From assembly GCA_029717555.1 (NCBI GenBank), contig JAMDHS010000065.1:62001-120636 (forward strand): a stretch of DNA of 58,636 nt. Direction: 5' to 3'. Of the stretch, positions 25,653-38,100 are shown one piece after another. Each line of letters begins with the position of its first letter. The stretch's first letter is position 1. The position numbers and the translations under genes are program-made. The notes beneath the pieces are model-generated. The model worked only from the letters and a program-made list of their open reading frames with translations, searched no databases and was not told the origin of the DNA. The stretch comes from Peribolospora baueri. Lineage: Eukaryota.

Positions 25653-26170
25653 CAATGCAGAGTTTCCGACGTGCGCGCCCGTTTTCACAGCGTTCTTATC
25701 AATTTTCATAGTTGGCAAAAATATGACTCGGATTTTCCATGATTAATTCAATTTCACGATTCGACGGTAATACGTTTGTTTCCTTTCTTTCGATGGGCCA
25801 TGAATGTGTAAGCTCGCCTCGTCACGGTTCGAAGGAGAGAGAGAGCATCTGACCCGCGCGTGTCCGGCTATGAGCGCGTATGTGTGCAGTCGCCGAAACC
25901 TTCCATCGGAACTTAATTAACGTTGCTTTGCTCGGACCCCCAACCGCTGTCGGCAATTTTCCCGCCCATCCATCCATCCCGCTTCGCCACCATCGACCGT
26001 CATCCCCGTCTTCTCTTTCGTGTTCTGCGTTTGATACACACCGCTCCCGACCCCGGCGCTCGTCCTATCCTTTCGTTTCATTCGTTTCTTTTTTTATTGC
26101 AAACAGGTACAACAGAAAGGAAAAGATAAGGGATCGCGCGAGGGAACAAGGAGCGACATTGGACGCGGAA

Positions 26171-29100
26171 ATGACCGACCTGCCGATCTTACAAGGCCCC
26201 ATTATGAGCCTGGAGCGCGTCCTGAGCTACTTTCCCGATCTCGATGCTGTCGACCCGCACTTCTTCAAGCAGCCAAAGGTGAGGCAATGTGTGTTCGTTT
26301 GCGAGTCGGAGAGTCTTCTCCCTCCACTTGGTCGGCTCGGCCCGGCGCTGCCGCTCATTTGGCTCTCGTTTCTCGCTTTCCCTTTTCCCAATCCAGGGTG
26401 CAGCCGGCGCGTACATATATTCCATGACGAAGCAAAAGGCGGTATACGAGGTTGTGGAAGGGCGCATTAAGGCTGAGGACGGGTACGGATTTGTGTAGGT
26501 GACCGAAACATGTCTTGCCTGGCCTGTCCCATCCCTCTTCTGAAGTGCGAGCGCTCTTTTGCTTATCTGCGTCGCCGTCATGCCGCTCTGCAGACGAGTG
26601 CATCGGTGTCTCTTGCGCTTCAATCCGAAGAAGGACATGAATCTGGTCGGTTGGGGTGATAGTACCACCGGCATCCTGGATGCCGAAATGCTCGCCGCTC
26701 TCTCCTTTCTACTTCAGCTGGCTCGCGATAGGAAGATCTTTATTCCAGTCGACCGCCGCATGCCCATCGGTCGTGCCCGCCAGGTCGCAGAGGAGCAGAA
26801 AGCCAGGGATGCCGTTCTTCAACATGTTCGACGCAAGGTAGGGAATGTCGGCAATACGGGACCTTCCTCGACGGATTCCACCTCTTCGGTCGAATCTTCT
26901 TCCTGTCGACCCAGTCATCAAGAAGACAACGACGACACGAACGACGTTGACGCATATCTCGCCAGCATCGCTCAGAACACTGATCAAGGAAGCCTCGATG
27001 CGATGCAAACATCCTCGAAGCAAGCCGTTAGTGAAAATGCCGTTACGGCGGCGAGCTCAGCGCCGATAGATTTGACCGGTCCTAGCTCGCCTGAGGTACG
27101 CTCGCGCACGCATACAGCCTCATCCGGCCAATTACTCCAGTCCCCAGGAGCGACCACCCATCCCCGTCTTAGGAGTGATGCGTACATAGCTATACAAAGG
27201 CTTAAGGCAGTCACTATGAGTTCACCTTCGGCCGCCACCCAATCCCGCCCGACTGCTGCAGAGGCGCAGAATGGAGTCGAATCGCGGCATGATCGCCAAT
27301 CCATGGACGGACGCCGCGATGCAGGCGAACGTGCAGATCGAACCTCAGAACACAGCCCTCGGCTTTCAACCGCAAGGGCATCGGATCCTCGCCCACCTGC
27401 AAATGTATCGGATCCCCACTCAACCGCAAAGGCATCAGATCTTCGCTCACCTGCAAAGGTATCGGATCCTCACTTACCTGCAAAGGTATCGGATCCTCAC
27501 TTACCTGCAAAGGTATCGGATCCCCACTTACCTGCAAAAGTATCGGATCCTCACTTACCTGCAAAGGTATCGGATTCCCACTTACCTGCAAAGGCATCGG
27601 ATCCTCACTCACCTGCAAAGGTGTCGGATCCTCACTCAACTGCAAAGGCATCGGATCCTCACTCAGCCGCAAAGGCATCCGATTCCCACCCTTTACCTCC
27701 ATCAAACCGCCCTCACGCGGAGGGTCCCATTTTCACGGGCCCTTTCAACGACCGTGAAACCGTAGTGTGGTGCCTCCGGTACCTCAAAGCGTCTATTTCT
27801 GAAGAACCGGTCAAGGACTTGCAAGACTATCTCAGAGTGATGAAGCTCAACAAGCTGGAGGACCTTATCGAAACCGAGAGGGGGTGGTACAACGGGAAGA
27901 GGGCATGGAGGTGCGCGAACTCGGATTGGGAAAAGGCCCTCTGTTTCTGTCCGTCATTGACTCATTTCCGCTTTGATGGCTCCTGATGGCACTGAAGGTC
28001 CTTTCTCAAAGTCTATCCCGGTAAAGAAGCGAAGGGAGATTCTGACGTCAGCCCGTCCGAGTCGCAGTCCAACGCTTGTCTTTATGCCATCTATCTGCTT
28101 TATCGGGACGGTTTCTGGAACTCTTATCTGGCCCGCAGGAAGGATGCGTGAGTCGGTCGCCTCACCCTCTTCATGTGGTTCGTTGAGCGTCAAAACGTGT
28201 TCATCGCTCCAGCGTCTCTCCTCCTCCTTCGATATGCACAGAGAGCAGAAGAGGGGCAGCCTGGAGAACCGTCTGGCCCCTACCGCCGCGCGCAGCAGGC
28301 CTCCCATATCGTCCAGCGACAAGGACGCCAATGCGACGGACAAGCAGCCCTCTTCGCCTTCTGAAAGCTCCTCCCGAACCCTGGTCTTCTATCCTCCAGT
28401 CAGGGACCGTCAGAACGTATTGTCTTTGGCCGGTGCGGACGGTGCCAAGACCAAGACTCCTTTGATCGACCTGGCTCAGTACTTCCTCGTCCAGCTTAAC
28501 CAGTCTATGCTCGATTGGTTCGCGACGGCGGAGGGTATCCTGGACGGTCGTAGGTGCTGGAGGTGGGTAGTGAGAGTTTGGTATATGCTTCCGGTACGGG
28601 CCGGCCGCTGGCTGATCTTCCCTATTGTGCTGCTCCTAGATCTTTCGTCACAGTATATGCCGACGTTAGTGAGTTGGCAGAGATTTTATACCGCTTCTTC
28701 CACACTCGACGCAGTTCGTTGAAGGTTTTGTTTTCGTCTCCATTGTATCAGGCACTAATGGTGACAGCTTCCGGTCAGCTCGGGAAGCGGAGGAGAACGC
28801 AGCACTGGTAGCTTTGATCCTTCTCTTGCGTAAAGGCAGAGGCCAAGAACTTGCATTTTCTTGCAGCGAGCCTCAGATGCACCGTACCGAGCGCTTCAGG
28901 TGTGTCCACGTCTGCTCTGCTTCTCCATTGTCTGGTGAGGCGGGGAAGGGCTAACCATGCGTTCAAACGGATATTTTTAAATGCGTGCGGCGTCAATGGT
29001 AGGGCGCGGCTGGAGGAAGACACGTCGGTATCCATCCTCGAGGGATATCGCGCACCGCAAGTGTCGGAGGTGTTCATTAGCGGATTTCCCCATATTTCCT

Positions 29101-32030
29101 TCAAGGATAAAGTCTCTGACCTGATCCAGCGTTACGCGAAGGGTCACCACTTCGACGTGCAAAGGACACCGAGCGGAAAATTAATCGCTTTTATCGTCTT
29201 CGATAATCCCAGCGACGCGGCCGCCGTCATGGCGTCCTTCCATGGCTTTCCTTATGCTGGTGCCCGTCTATACAGTCGCTTCCGGGTGGGGAGCGACTCT
29301 TCTGGCCCATATGTCAACAACGATGACGCCAGGGGCGTCATGTCAGCCTCGGAGGGGGCAACTCGCTCGGATTGGCGCTCCAGCACACGTCGCATATCTC
29401 TGAAGGTGGATGACCGAGATCTTCCCGACGCTGCGAGAGATGCCGCCTCCACGTCAGGCGACTATCTTCGCCACCGAAAGCTTTACATCAGCGGTACGTC
29501 GGAGCGATCTCAACTTTGACCTTCACTTTCTCCCTGGAGTTTGGACTCTAAATGGACGTTGCGCGTCTATGGGTCTCCATGCAGGACTTAAGCCTCAGAC
29601 GACGAATAAGGATATATTCCTGATTTTCAAGCGCTACGGACACATTATCTCTACCAAGATCCTCACTCCTCCTGGCGACCGCTTCTCTTGTCGTGGTGAT
29701 GCGTACTGCGAGTTCCAAAAGGAGCAGGATGCCGAGCGCGCCAGGGAATCCATGGACGGCACCGTCGCGCTGGGAAACAGGATCGGAGTCACTTATGCCT
29801 GGCCTCAGAAGAAGAAGAGCACGGCACTTGGCAGCACTTTCAGAGGTGGCGGGGCTGAACCGGACTCCGTCCGTCCTGTGACCGAGGATAGCGGGAGAAG
29901 GACTGCAGTGGCGCGTCCTCTTTTTCGCTCTCCTTCCATGGACACAGAGGTGAGCCGTCTCATCTGCTGTAGGTTGGCCAACCCGTTCTAACGCATCCGA
30001 CTTACCCTTTATGTCGTTCCAAGTCCCTCGTCGAGGAGTCCTCGAAGAGAGACTTGAAACGAAAAGAGGCCGATGATTCTCTCTGCAAGACGAGGTGAGG
30101 ACGTTCCCGAAGAGGATGGTGACCTGCCCAGTTCCAATAGCGCTCATCCTTGTTTGTGGCTTTGACTTTCGACCGGGGGCCGCGGCAGACATGGAGATGC
30201 GCCGCCGACCGATGATCAGCGAGCTGCGAAGCGGCCTCGGTCGGCGTCACCTGCTCACTCTATACCAAACGAGCAAGCAATGACCAAGGATGGCGCTTCC
30301 TCGACACAGCCTCAAGCGGCTGTGCTCATGGATCAATCCGATGGGCTGGCTCTGGCTGATGGCGAGTCGGCAAGAAGCTCAGCTCGGACTGGTCCGTCGC
30401 CTGCTCAGTCTATACCAAACGCGCAAGCAATGGCCATAGATGGTGTTTCCCCGACTCAGCCTCAAGCGGCTGTGCTCCCGGATCAGTCCGATAGGCTTGC
30501 TGATAGCAAGTCGGCAAGGAGCTCAGCTCGGACTGGTCCTGACATCACCTCATATAAGCAAGTTCTCGAACGCATCGTGAACCAAGTTATGACTATTTAT
30601 CTCAATGGTAGCAACACGGTAAAGGATCTGAGGCTTGTTAGCAAGAACATGAACGAAGCGGCGCTGGCGGTTCTTTGGAGAGAGCCTTCAACCGCCCAGC
30701 TTCTTTCGTTCGTCTCGCCGGAAGTGCGCTCTGCCATGGTATTTGATCCAACCTCGGAGAGCAGGCTCGACAATGGTGCCAAAACCACCAGGGGATCCTT
30801 CAGTGCTCAAGCCATCACGGTCACCGCCTCCCCATGGTCAAGGCATATCAAGGTGATGAGCCATGGATTGTTGCTTCTTTCTGCGTCGCTTGCTCACTTG
30901 TCATTTTCATCCTTTCGTACAGAATGTGCAAGCTTCGGTGCCTTCCAGCTCTCTGGACGCTCTCGCCTCGCGTGCACGGTTCGTCCATACTTTGGTTTTG
31001 GACAATTACGAGCTGATCACGGCGCTGGCGCTGCGCCCCAATCTATTCCCAAGCCTGCGCTGTCTTGATATCACCAAGTTATCTGGGTGTCCAAGGCAAG
31101 GACAAAAATCTCAGCTCAAGACCGTTCAAGCCATCGAAGATGTTTTGCCCTTGTTCACGTCGTTGGAAACGCTCGAACAAGTCGCGTTTGGCTGTGGCCA
31201 TGACAGCTGTATCACAGCGGCGCGCTCGGTGTCGCCCATCATCAAGATTGAAGGCGAAGACAGAGGTATAAACCAAGAAATTGTCCAAGATGATGACAAC
31301 TCAGTCATCGCCGCCAAGATGGACAAGCTCTTCCTGCGGGTCCTAACCGTCCGCCATCTCAAGGTGCTCGAGTGGAAGGCCAGAGTGGAGGGCAATTGGG
31401 TGTGTCCCGTGGAATTTCAGGACGGAGGCCTGAAGGGCCTTCGGAAGCTTGAAATGAACGCCAACGCTCGTACGATCATGCAAGTGGTAAGTGTCAGGAA
31501 ACGACCCGCTACTCTATCGGCCTTGGTCGTTGCCGTTCACTCTCAACGCTTTCGAAACATAGCTTCAATTTATTTACGACGCCAGGACGGACAACCGGCC
31601 CCTTAGTGCGCTTCGGGCCATCGTTCTTGATGACTCGCTTGATCTTGCTCTTGCCATGGTCGCCATCATGGCTCCCAATCTTCGTACGCTCTATGTACGG
31701 GCAAAGCAAGCACGTCCTATGGCGGTGAGCGTTTGGAAATCGCTCGTCGAAGGCACGCCAAATATGTCGGAGGCCGGAATCTGGGTCAGCAACATGCTCG
31801 AAGGAGACGACAGGGCGCGCAATGGCGGAGAAGAACCCGACGATAGTGGTCTCGCTTTCGAGGACGAGGTCGTCAACGGCTTATTTTCAGTCGAGACTTC
31901 GCGTATTGACAAACTGGTGGACGAGGTGGAGAAGGTACTCAATGGCTGGACGGCCATTCAAAGGCTCATAGTCAGGCTCGGAAACAGGAAAATCAACAAG
32001 TTCCTTAGTCCGGCGCAGGCGCGAGCATGA
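26171..32030 (+). CDS. Predicted ~1600-aa multidomain protein: 9-aa repeats, duplicated unknown domain, two RRMs, F-box-like motif, LRR-like C-terminus
   Basis: Phase-compatible exons 26171-26278, 26397-26482, 26594-27910, 27998-28147, 28242-28562, 28640-28807, 28867-28899, 29003-29493, 29585-29949, 30024-30094, 30189-30852, 30923-31486 and 31563-32030 (4806 nt, no internal stop). RRM1 EVFISGFP...IAFIVFDN, RRM2 KLYISGL...GDAYCEFQ, F-box-like VLERIV...DLRLVSKNMNEAALAVLWRE, LRR-like LFPSLRCLDI, GLRKLEM, APNLRTLYV. The start may lie further upstream. Confidence 0.65.
27366..27689 (+). repeat. Coding minisatellite, 12 x 27 bp (consensus peptide LPAKVSDPH)
   Basis: Units of ttacctgcaaaggtatcggatcctcac with variants, encoding STARASDPR through SAAKASDSH. 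Confidence 0.95.
30247..30540 (+). repeat. Coding tandem duplication (150 bp + 144 bp) just upstream of the F-box-like motif
   Basis: SPAHSIPNEQAMTKDGASSTQPQAAVLMDQSDGLALADGESARSSARTGP followed by SPAQSIPNAQAMAIDGVSPTQPQAAVLPDQSDRLADSKSARSSARTGP. Confidence 0.9.
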
Positions 32031-32356
32031 TGCCATCGATGGACGGCGGACGCACGGACGCGATCAACAATCGCTCGGGCAATCTGCCGTCCACGGTTGG
32101 ATATACCTCTTTTAAGCTCAAGATCGGCCGATAGCTGGCGCTCTCAATCACCCATCCCATCTTTCGTCGGGGTCCATTAGGTTTCGTTGTTGGTTTGCAC
32201 ACATCCTTTATTGCATCGGCTCGGAGGCCCTGCACGTACGCATGCTCAATACATATGAAAATTCAAATCCCTGATGTACGCTGTTGCTATTGTTAATTAC
32301 GCCAGGAATGAATATAGCGTCTCTTGTCTCTATACTCTCTATATACGTCTCGGCCC

Positions 32357-34767
32357 TCAGCTGAAAACGTAGTCGGTGAACCTTAGCTCCGGCATCCTCC
32401 ACATCTGCTTCCTCTTCTGAACGCTCTTTCCCGGTTTACTGGCCGGATGGTCGGGGCGAGCACGCTCGTCCACCGGCCCGACCAAAGCAGGCACCCAATC
32501 GCGCGCCTCTGACTCCGCATCGTCATCAGAGGTCGTCGTGTGCTCCCACCCGTCCTGAGAAGCCGCTGTCGACGGCGATACTGGCGCGGCTGGAACGTCC
32601 TCCGGTCGCGCAGGTGATCGCAGGTGAAGCTGACTTCGTTGAAACGGTTGCACGGGCGAGCGAGATCGGCTGCGACTCGGCGAGGAGGAGGAGCGGGAGT
32701 GTAGGCCTCGCAGCGGGAGGTTTGGTCGTCTCGCTCGCGATGACGATGGGCCTGAGCCGCTATGGCCGGCCGTTCCTCCTTCAGCGGTATATGGCCAAGA
32801 CCGAACCTCATCCCCTTCGCCCCTGCCGCGGTCCTTCAGAGCGAGCGAGGCTATCCCGTTCTCCACTTCCCGCGCCTCGTCTCCGCTCCAACTGGCTTCT
32901 TCCGCTTGGGCCACGCTGGCGACGCTGTTCGACATGGTGTCTGACTCCCATGCGTCGTCATCGGCATCCCAAACCGAGCTCGCCTCGCTGAAATCGTCAT
33001 ACACCGCCGCAGAATCCGCCGTATGCGCTCCTTCGGGGAGGATCTCGTCTCCGACTCGAGCGTGGTCCAAACTGACCTCACTGCGCCAGTCGTCCAGGGC
33101 GGCGTCCGCGACAGATTCGCTGTCCTCAGCGGCACTCGAGTCGTTCGTCCCCGTGCTGCGACTGGAACTGCCTAGACCGCCGCCATCTCCGCCCTGATCT
33201 GAGCTCATACCTGCATCCAAATCGGTCATCGGGGGCGTTTCCAAGCCGCTGGCACCGCCTCCGTCGATCCGGATCGGACGGATGGGACGGACGAAGGGAA
33301 CCGTCGCGGCAGCTTCACCGCCAGAGCCAGGAGCTTGAATCGGGGCCGGTCTTGGCGGAGCGCGCGCTAAGGGGTTCGGGTTAAGGATCCAAGTCCATCG
33401 CTCAGTGGAAGCAACGACCGCTCCCGGAGCAGACGGAGGCGGCTTGCTGAAGCTGGGGCAGCCATAGTACCGAGCGAGACAGTGGACGGCGAAGCGCAAA
33501 AAGGGATCAGGCAGGTACCAGGCCAAGGAGCTGGGCGAGCGGCTCATCTCCACGAGAGTGGGCTCCCCTTCATCTTGCTCGACGGCCCTGCGCGCTTCGG
33601 CCGCCGTCGCTCCCCGGGGCGGAGTCGGGACGAGGTAGGGCGTGTTGTCGATGACGCGCGGCGCTTGTCGTTCATGCGCCGGTAACGAAGGATGGATCCA
33701 GACGGCGTGACCGTCAAGCCAACCTCGCAGCTCGACTTCGGCGAGCCGAAGGACAGCTTCGACGATCCCCCCTCCTTCCGCCCCTCCGGGTTCGGCCCCC
33801 CTGCGTCTCAACGCTTTCCTTACGCCTTTCAAGCCCAGGTTGAACTGGCCCGCCTCGGCGGACAAGCGCTCGTACTCGGCGGGCAGGCCCGACGGGGTCG
33901 GCACCGTTCGAGGAAGGTAAGGCGGCGGGGGCGAGGGAAAAGTGGGAAGCGCCTGATTGTACGAGGGCGGCGCTAGGTCGCGAGCGCTCGGCCTGACGGC
34001 GTAAGGGTTGCCAGCGAGGCGATCTGTGTGAGGCGGGCGAGCGGCCGAGCGGACCGAGGGTTCGGACGATCGTGAGTGAGTATGGCCGGGGGTCGAGGAG
34101 GAACGTCTAGGAACGAGGGAGCCTCGCATTCCCCCCCCTTTTACGAGCCGAAGCCGACCGAACGCGCAACCAACTCACCGTTCTCCCACCGCCGCCTCGT
34201 TCTCTTCCCCATCTCCCTCTCCCTCACCCCAGCGCCAGCGGCCGAGCCGCCGCCGACGCGATGTGAGCCTAAGCCGTACCGGTGCAGCCTTTCGTCTCTC
34301 GTTGTCTGTTTTGGCCGCGGGTTGCGAAGGAGCGCCGGGATAGTCATCGGCACGGGCGCATCGAGCGAACGGCGCTCCGAACCGAGCGCAAGCGCCGCGG
34401 AGGATGGACGGCTGGCGGCTGCCGTCGAGGGTGAGGGTGAGTACGGGTGCCGATCCATGACGGACGGAGGAGGAGGAGGTGGAGGTGAGGTCCGTTGGAC
34501 GGGGATGTAATGAAAATCGAGGTCGACATGAGCGTCGAGCTCTGGCTGTGGCTGTGGCGGCGTCGAGGAGGGCATGGGAGGCGGACGACGCAAGGGTGGC
34601 GCCTGCTTAGCGAGTGTCGACACTTTCCAATGCGGTGCAGTGATCGACGGTGGAGGGAGGGGAACAAGAGACGCAGACGTTCCCGTGGGCGGACGGAACC
34701 GCCTTCCGTCCGCGTACCGATTACGCCGATGCGTGGGGAGCGGCATGGATGGAGGTATCCAATTCAT
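32357..34767 (-). CDS. R3H-associated N-terminal domain protein with R3H-like motif
   Basis: Splicing the intron at ~34024-34178 gives GKRTRRRWEN|DRLAGNPYA, matching the fungal R3H-assoc RRxRWENDRL motif. Downstream PFLRFAVHCLARYYGCPSFSK is R3H-like (RxxxH). The start could be 34767 or 34746. Confidence 0.75.
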
Positions 34768-35118
34768 TCATTCAAGCATCGAAACGGTCTTACAGTAGCA
34801 CAAGCAGACAGACAGAGAAACCCGACAAGGTCGGAGAGGAAAAGCCCAGGCGACTGCGTGGCAAAGTTCGTCAAGGGGAGGCGGAGAAGGACAGACGCAG
34901 GGGGGGTTGCTGGGAAGCTGAATCAGCCAGCACGCGGGCTGGCTTGGTAGGCTAAGTAAGGCAGGAAGGATGGCGACCTAGCGTCAAGCGGAAGTGTCAA
35001 ACGACGAAGGATACGAAGGATAAAAACTAAAAGGCGGTAAAAAGGGAATCGTCTGAGAACGTCGAGAGCGCGTCGAGCAAAGGAGAAAACGACAGCCAAG
35101 GAGGTCCGGCAAGGCCGC

Positions 35119-38100
35119 TCATTCTCCGGCGAAGAGTCTCTTGGTGAGATAGGTGGTGCTGCCGCAGAGGCGGATGAAGGCGAGGCCTGCAACGGAGAAA
35201 AGAAGGAAAGCCTGTTTCGGCGGTACAAAGAGAGACGTTTGCGAGGAAAACAACTTCAGCCCGGGACCTCTAAAATGGACGCCGTTGACGAGTGGAAGAG
35301 GTGGGACTTGGGGGCAGATAGATCGGGGACTCACCATGTAGTTGGTCACCGTCGCATCCTTGCCATTTGACGTGACTCTGCCGGTGGTGTTGAGGATGGC
35401 GATGGCCAAGGCAGCGTTGGAGAGCGTCCAGGCGAGGACGACGTTGGTGCGCACGGAGCGGTAGTAGTCCGTCTGCTTCGTCTCCGGGTCCACCTTGTCC
35501 TCGACCTTGGGCGCCTTGGTGGCGAGGACGTGGCATGCGTCGTCGTACGCCTCGTTGATGTCCTGTGCGGAAGATGAAAGGCGGCGGCCAAAACCATCAG
35601 CCAAGCTGGGCCGGGCAGACGATAAAAAGAGGTGGGTTCAAGGACGAGACGTCCGAAACCGACCTTCTGCTCTGTCGGGATGGCCACCTCGACTTGGTTC
35701 TTGCCGGCCGTCTGGACGACACCGAGGTCGGTGGATACCTTGTCGGATCCCTTGGTACCCCACGAGACGTCGTGAGTGTTGCAAAACGCGTAGCTATCCA
35801 ATGGAAGAGAGAGGACGAGGAACGACGACCCTTCAGAATCAGGAAACGAGCACATGGTCGAATGAGGGACACGAGGAGAAAACAATCCTCTCTCACATAT
35901 TGATCACGTTGATGAAGGACGGCGCCAGGAGGAGATACTGGAAGAAACTCGTGAGCAGATGCCAAGGGTCCAGCTACGGAGGTTGGAAGACATGGTGGAA
36001 GGTAAGCAAAAGGTTCCAGCGGGATACCGTCATGCCTCGCCCCAGGACGACCGAACAAACGAGACGAGATGAGCGGCGCACGAAACAAACACTCACGAAC
36101 ATGATGCTGGCGACGAGGTAGAGTCCGTAGGTGGCGACGAGGGAAATGACAATGTTGCGGAAGATGGAGTTGGAGAACATGTCGCCCACGTTGAACACCC
36201 CGCCGTCCTTCTCCACGGCGTCCTTGGCGTTCAGGATGCCCTTCACGGCCAGGAAGATGGCTGCGAACTGTGACGCGATGCGGCGCAAAAACCCCGGTCA
36301 GCCACGGCCTTCCTTGCCTCCGCATGGACGGCGGCATCCGACAAGGAGAGGGAGAAGCTACGCACCGTCATGTAGACGGTGATGAGCGCAAAGGCGATCA
36401 TCGAGCCCGTGTACCCGACCTTGGAACCCTGCGGCCTGTTGCCCATGGAGAGTAAAAAGTTGAACACGAGCAGGGCAAGGTAGATGTATTGCAGAATGAC
36501 GTTCTAAAAGGAGTGGTAGATCATGTGGAAGTGAGCGAAGCAGGTAGACGAGCAGGTGATCCCCACACGCAAGCACGGGGCCATCGCCGTCGGATGCGAC
36601 CCGGAGACGGGCGGGCGTTCGGTACTCACAAAGACGTGGACCCCCTTGAGGCCGAAGCTCGGGTCTTCTAGGGACTCGGTAAGGATGACGAAGGCGATAT
36701 AGTAGTTACCCTACCCGTCGAGTTCCCAAAACCGCCGTGGTGACAAAGGCAGGGGCTTCAGCACACGGAGAGCGAAGAACGCGAGGGGAAAAGAAAAAGA
36801 AAAAGAAGGCATCGGAACTCACCAGGGCGAACCATGAAAAGACGAGGCTGAAGACCTGGTAGAGGAGCTCAACGTGGAACCAGAACTTCTGCAGGAAGGA
36901 GTGGGAGGAGCGGTAGATGTAGCCGAACTTTACGATCGAGTGGACCGAGGCGAAGAAGGAGCTGTTGCAGCGGAGGGAAGGGGACCGAAACGCGGAGATT
37001 GCGGTCAGAACGGTGAACGGAAGCCAAGCCTACGACTCGCCTAATCGTTTTCCTCTCTACCCCCTCCTCCCCCCCTCCCCCCCAACCCCTCGGGGCCCAC
37101 CCACTCACCCGTTCAGCCACCTCCTCCTCTGACTGATGAGCTCAGGCACCTGATCAGGCACGTCCGTGATGGCATAGGCACTTTTGACGTAATGAAGCAC
37201 CCAGGCGCAGTCGCGCTTGGAGCAGAGCTCCCAGCAGAGGATGCGGTCCTCGGCGAGGTACATGTTGGAGGTAAAGATGTCGGCGTCCGAACCACCACCG
37301 TGGAGGGTCTCGCCTTTGAAGTATTCGTTCAGCGGACCCCGGCCCGTCGCATCGTTCTGAAGGGCGATGTAGCTGTCGAGGGTGGAAAAAACGTAGCAAT
37401 GACCATCAGCAGGCGCTCCGGGTCGGCGGAAGAAAAAAAAAGCGGCCGAGGACGACGTACCGATAGGCGGAGAAAGCACCAGGCAAGACAGAAATGTAGC
37501 CGAAGACGCTTTCCAAAGGTTTGTCGAGGATGTTGCTCATCTTGTACTCAAAGTTCTGGGCCGCGACGAGCGGGTTGATGAGGTTCTGGAGATACTTTCC
37601 CTTGAGCGCCACGATCTCTCCGCACGCGCCTCCAATGTTCGAGTTGATGTCGAACGCCTTCCAGAGATGGTAAATCGAGCGGGGGCCGGGCATGGTGCCG
37701 ACATCGAGCAGGACGCAGACGTTGGGTTGAAGGACGGGACCAAAGGCTGATGACGACGGACGCAAAGAGAGGAAGGGACAGAGATGAGGGTGAGCCAAGG
37801 AAAGTGCTCGCGGTAGAGATCAACAAAGGGCGGAGACGGACCGTTGAAAAACCAGCGATGGGAGTTGATTTTCTTTTGGTTCCTTTCCTTGAGACAGAAA
37901 AGGATCTGGACGGGCACGATTCCCTTTTCGGCGCCGCGGAACTTGAGGTCGGGGTCGATGGAGAGCTGGGTGGTGTACTCATAGATGTGCGCCGTGACCG
38001 GCTTGCCGTTCACTACGTTCTTGGCCACGCCTTCTTGGTACACGCCCATGGCGGCGAGGGTGCCTGCGTTGGGGAGAAATGAGAGGAAAGGTTGAAGAAG

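Noticed and set aside
27366..27689. Regularly spaced repeats resembling a CRISPR array
   Set aside because: The units are head-to-tail with no unique spacers, they are in frame in a eukaryotic exon, and there are no cas genes.
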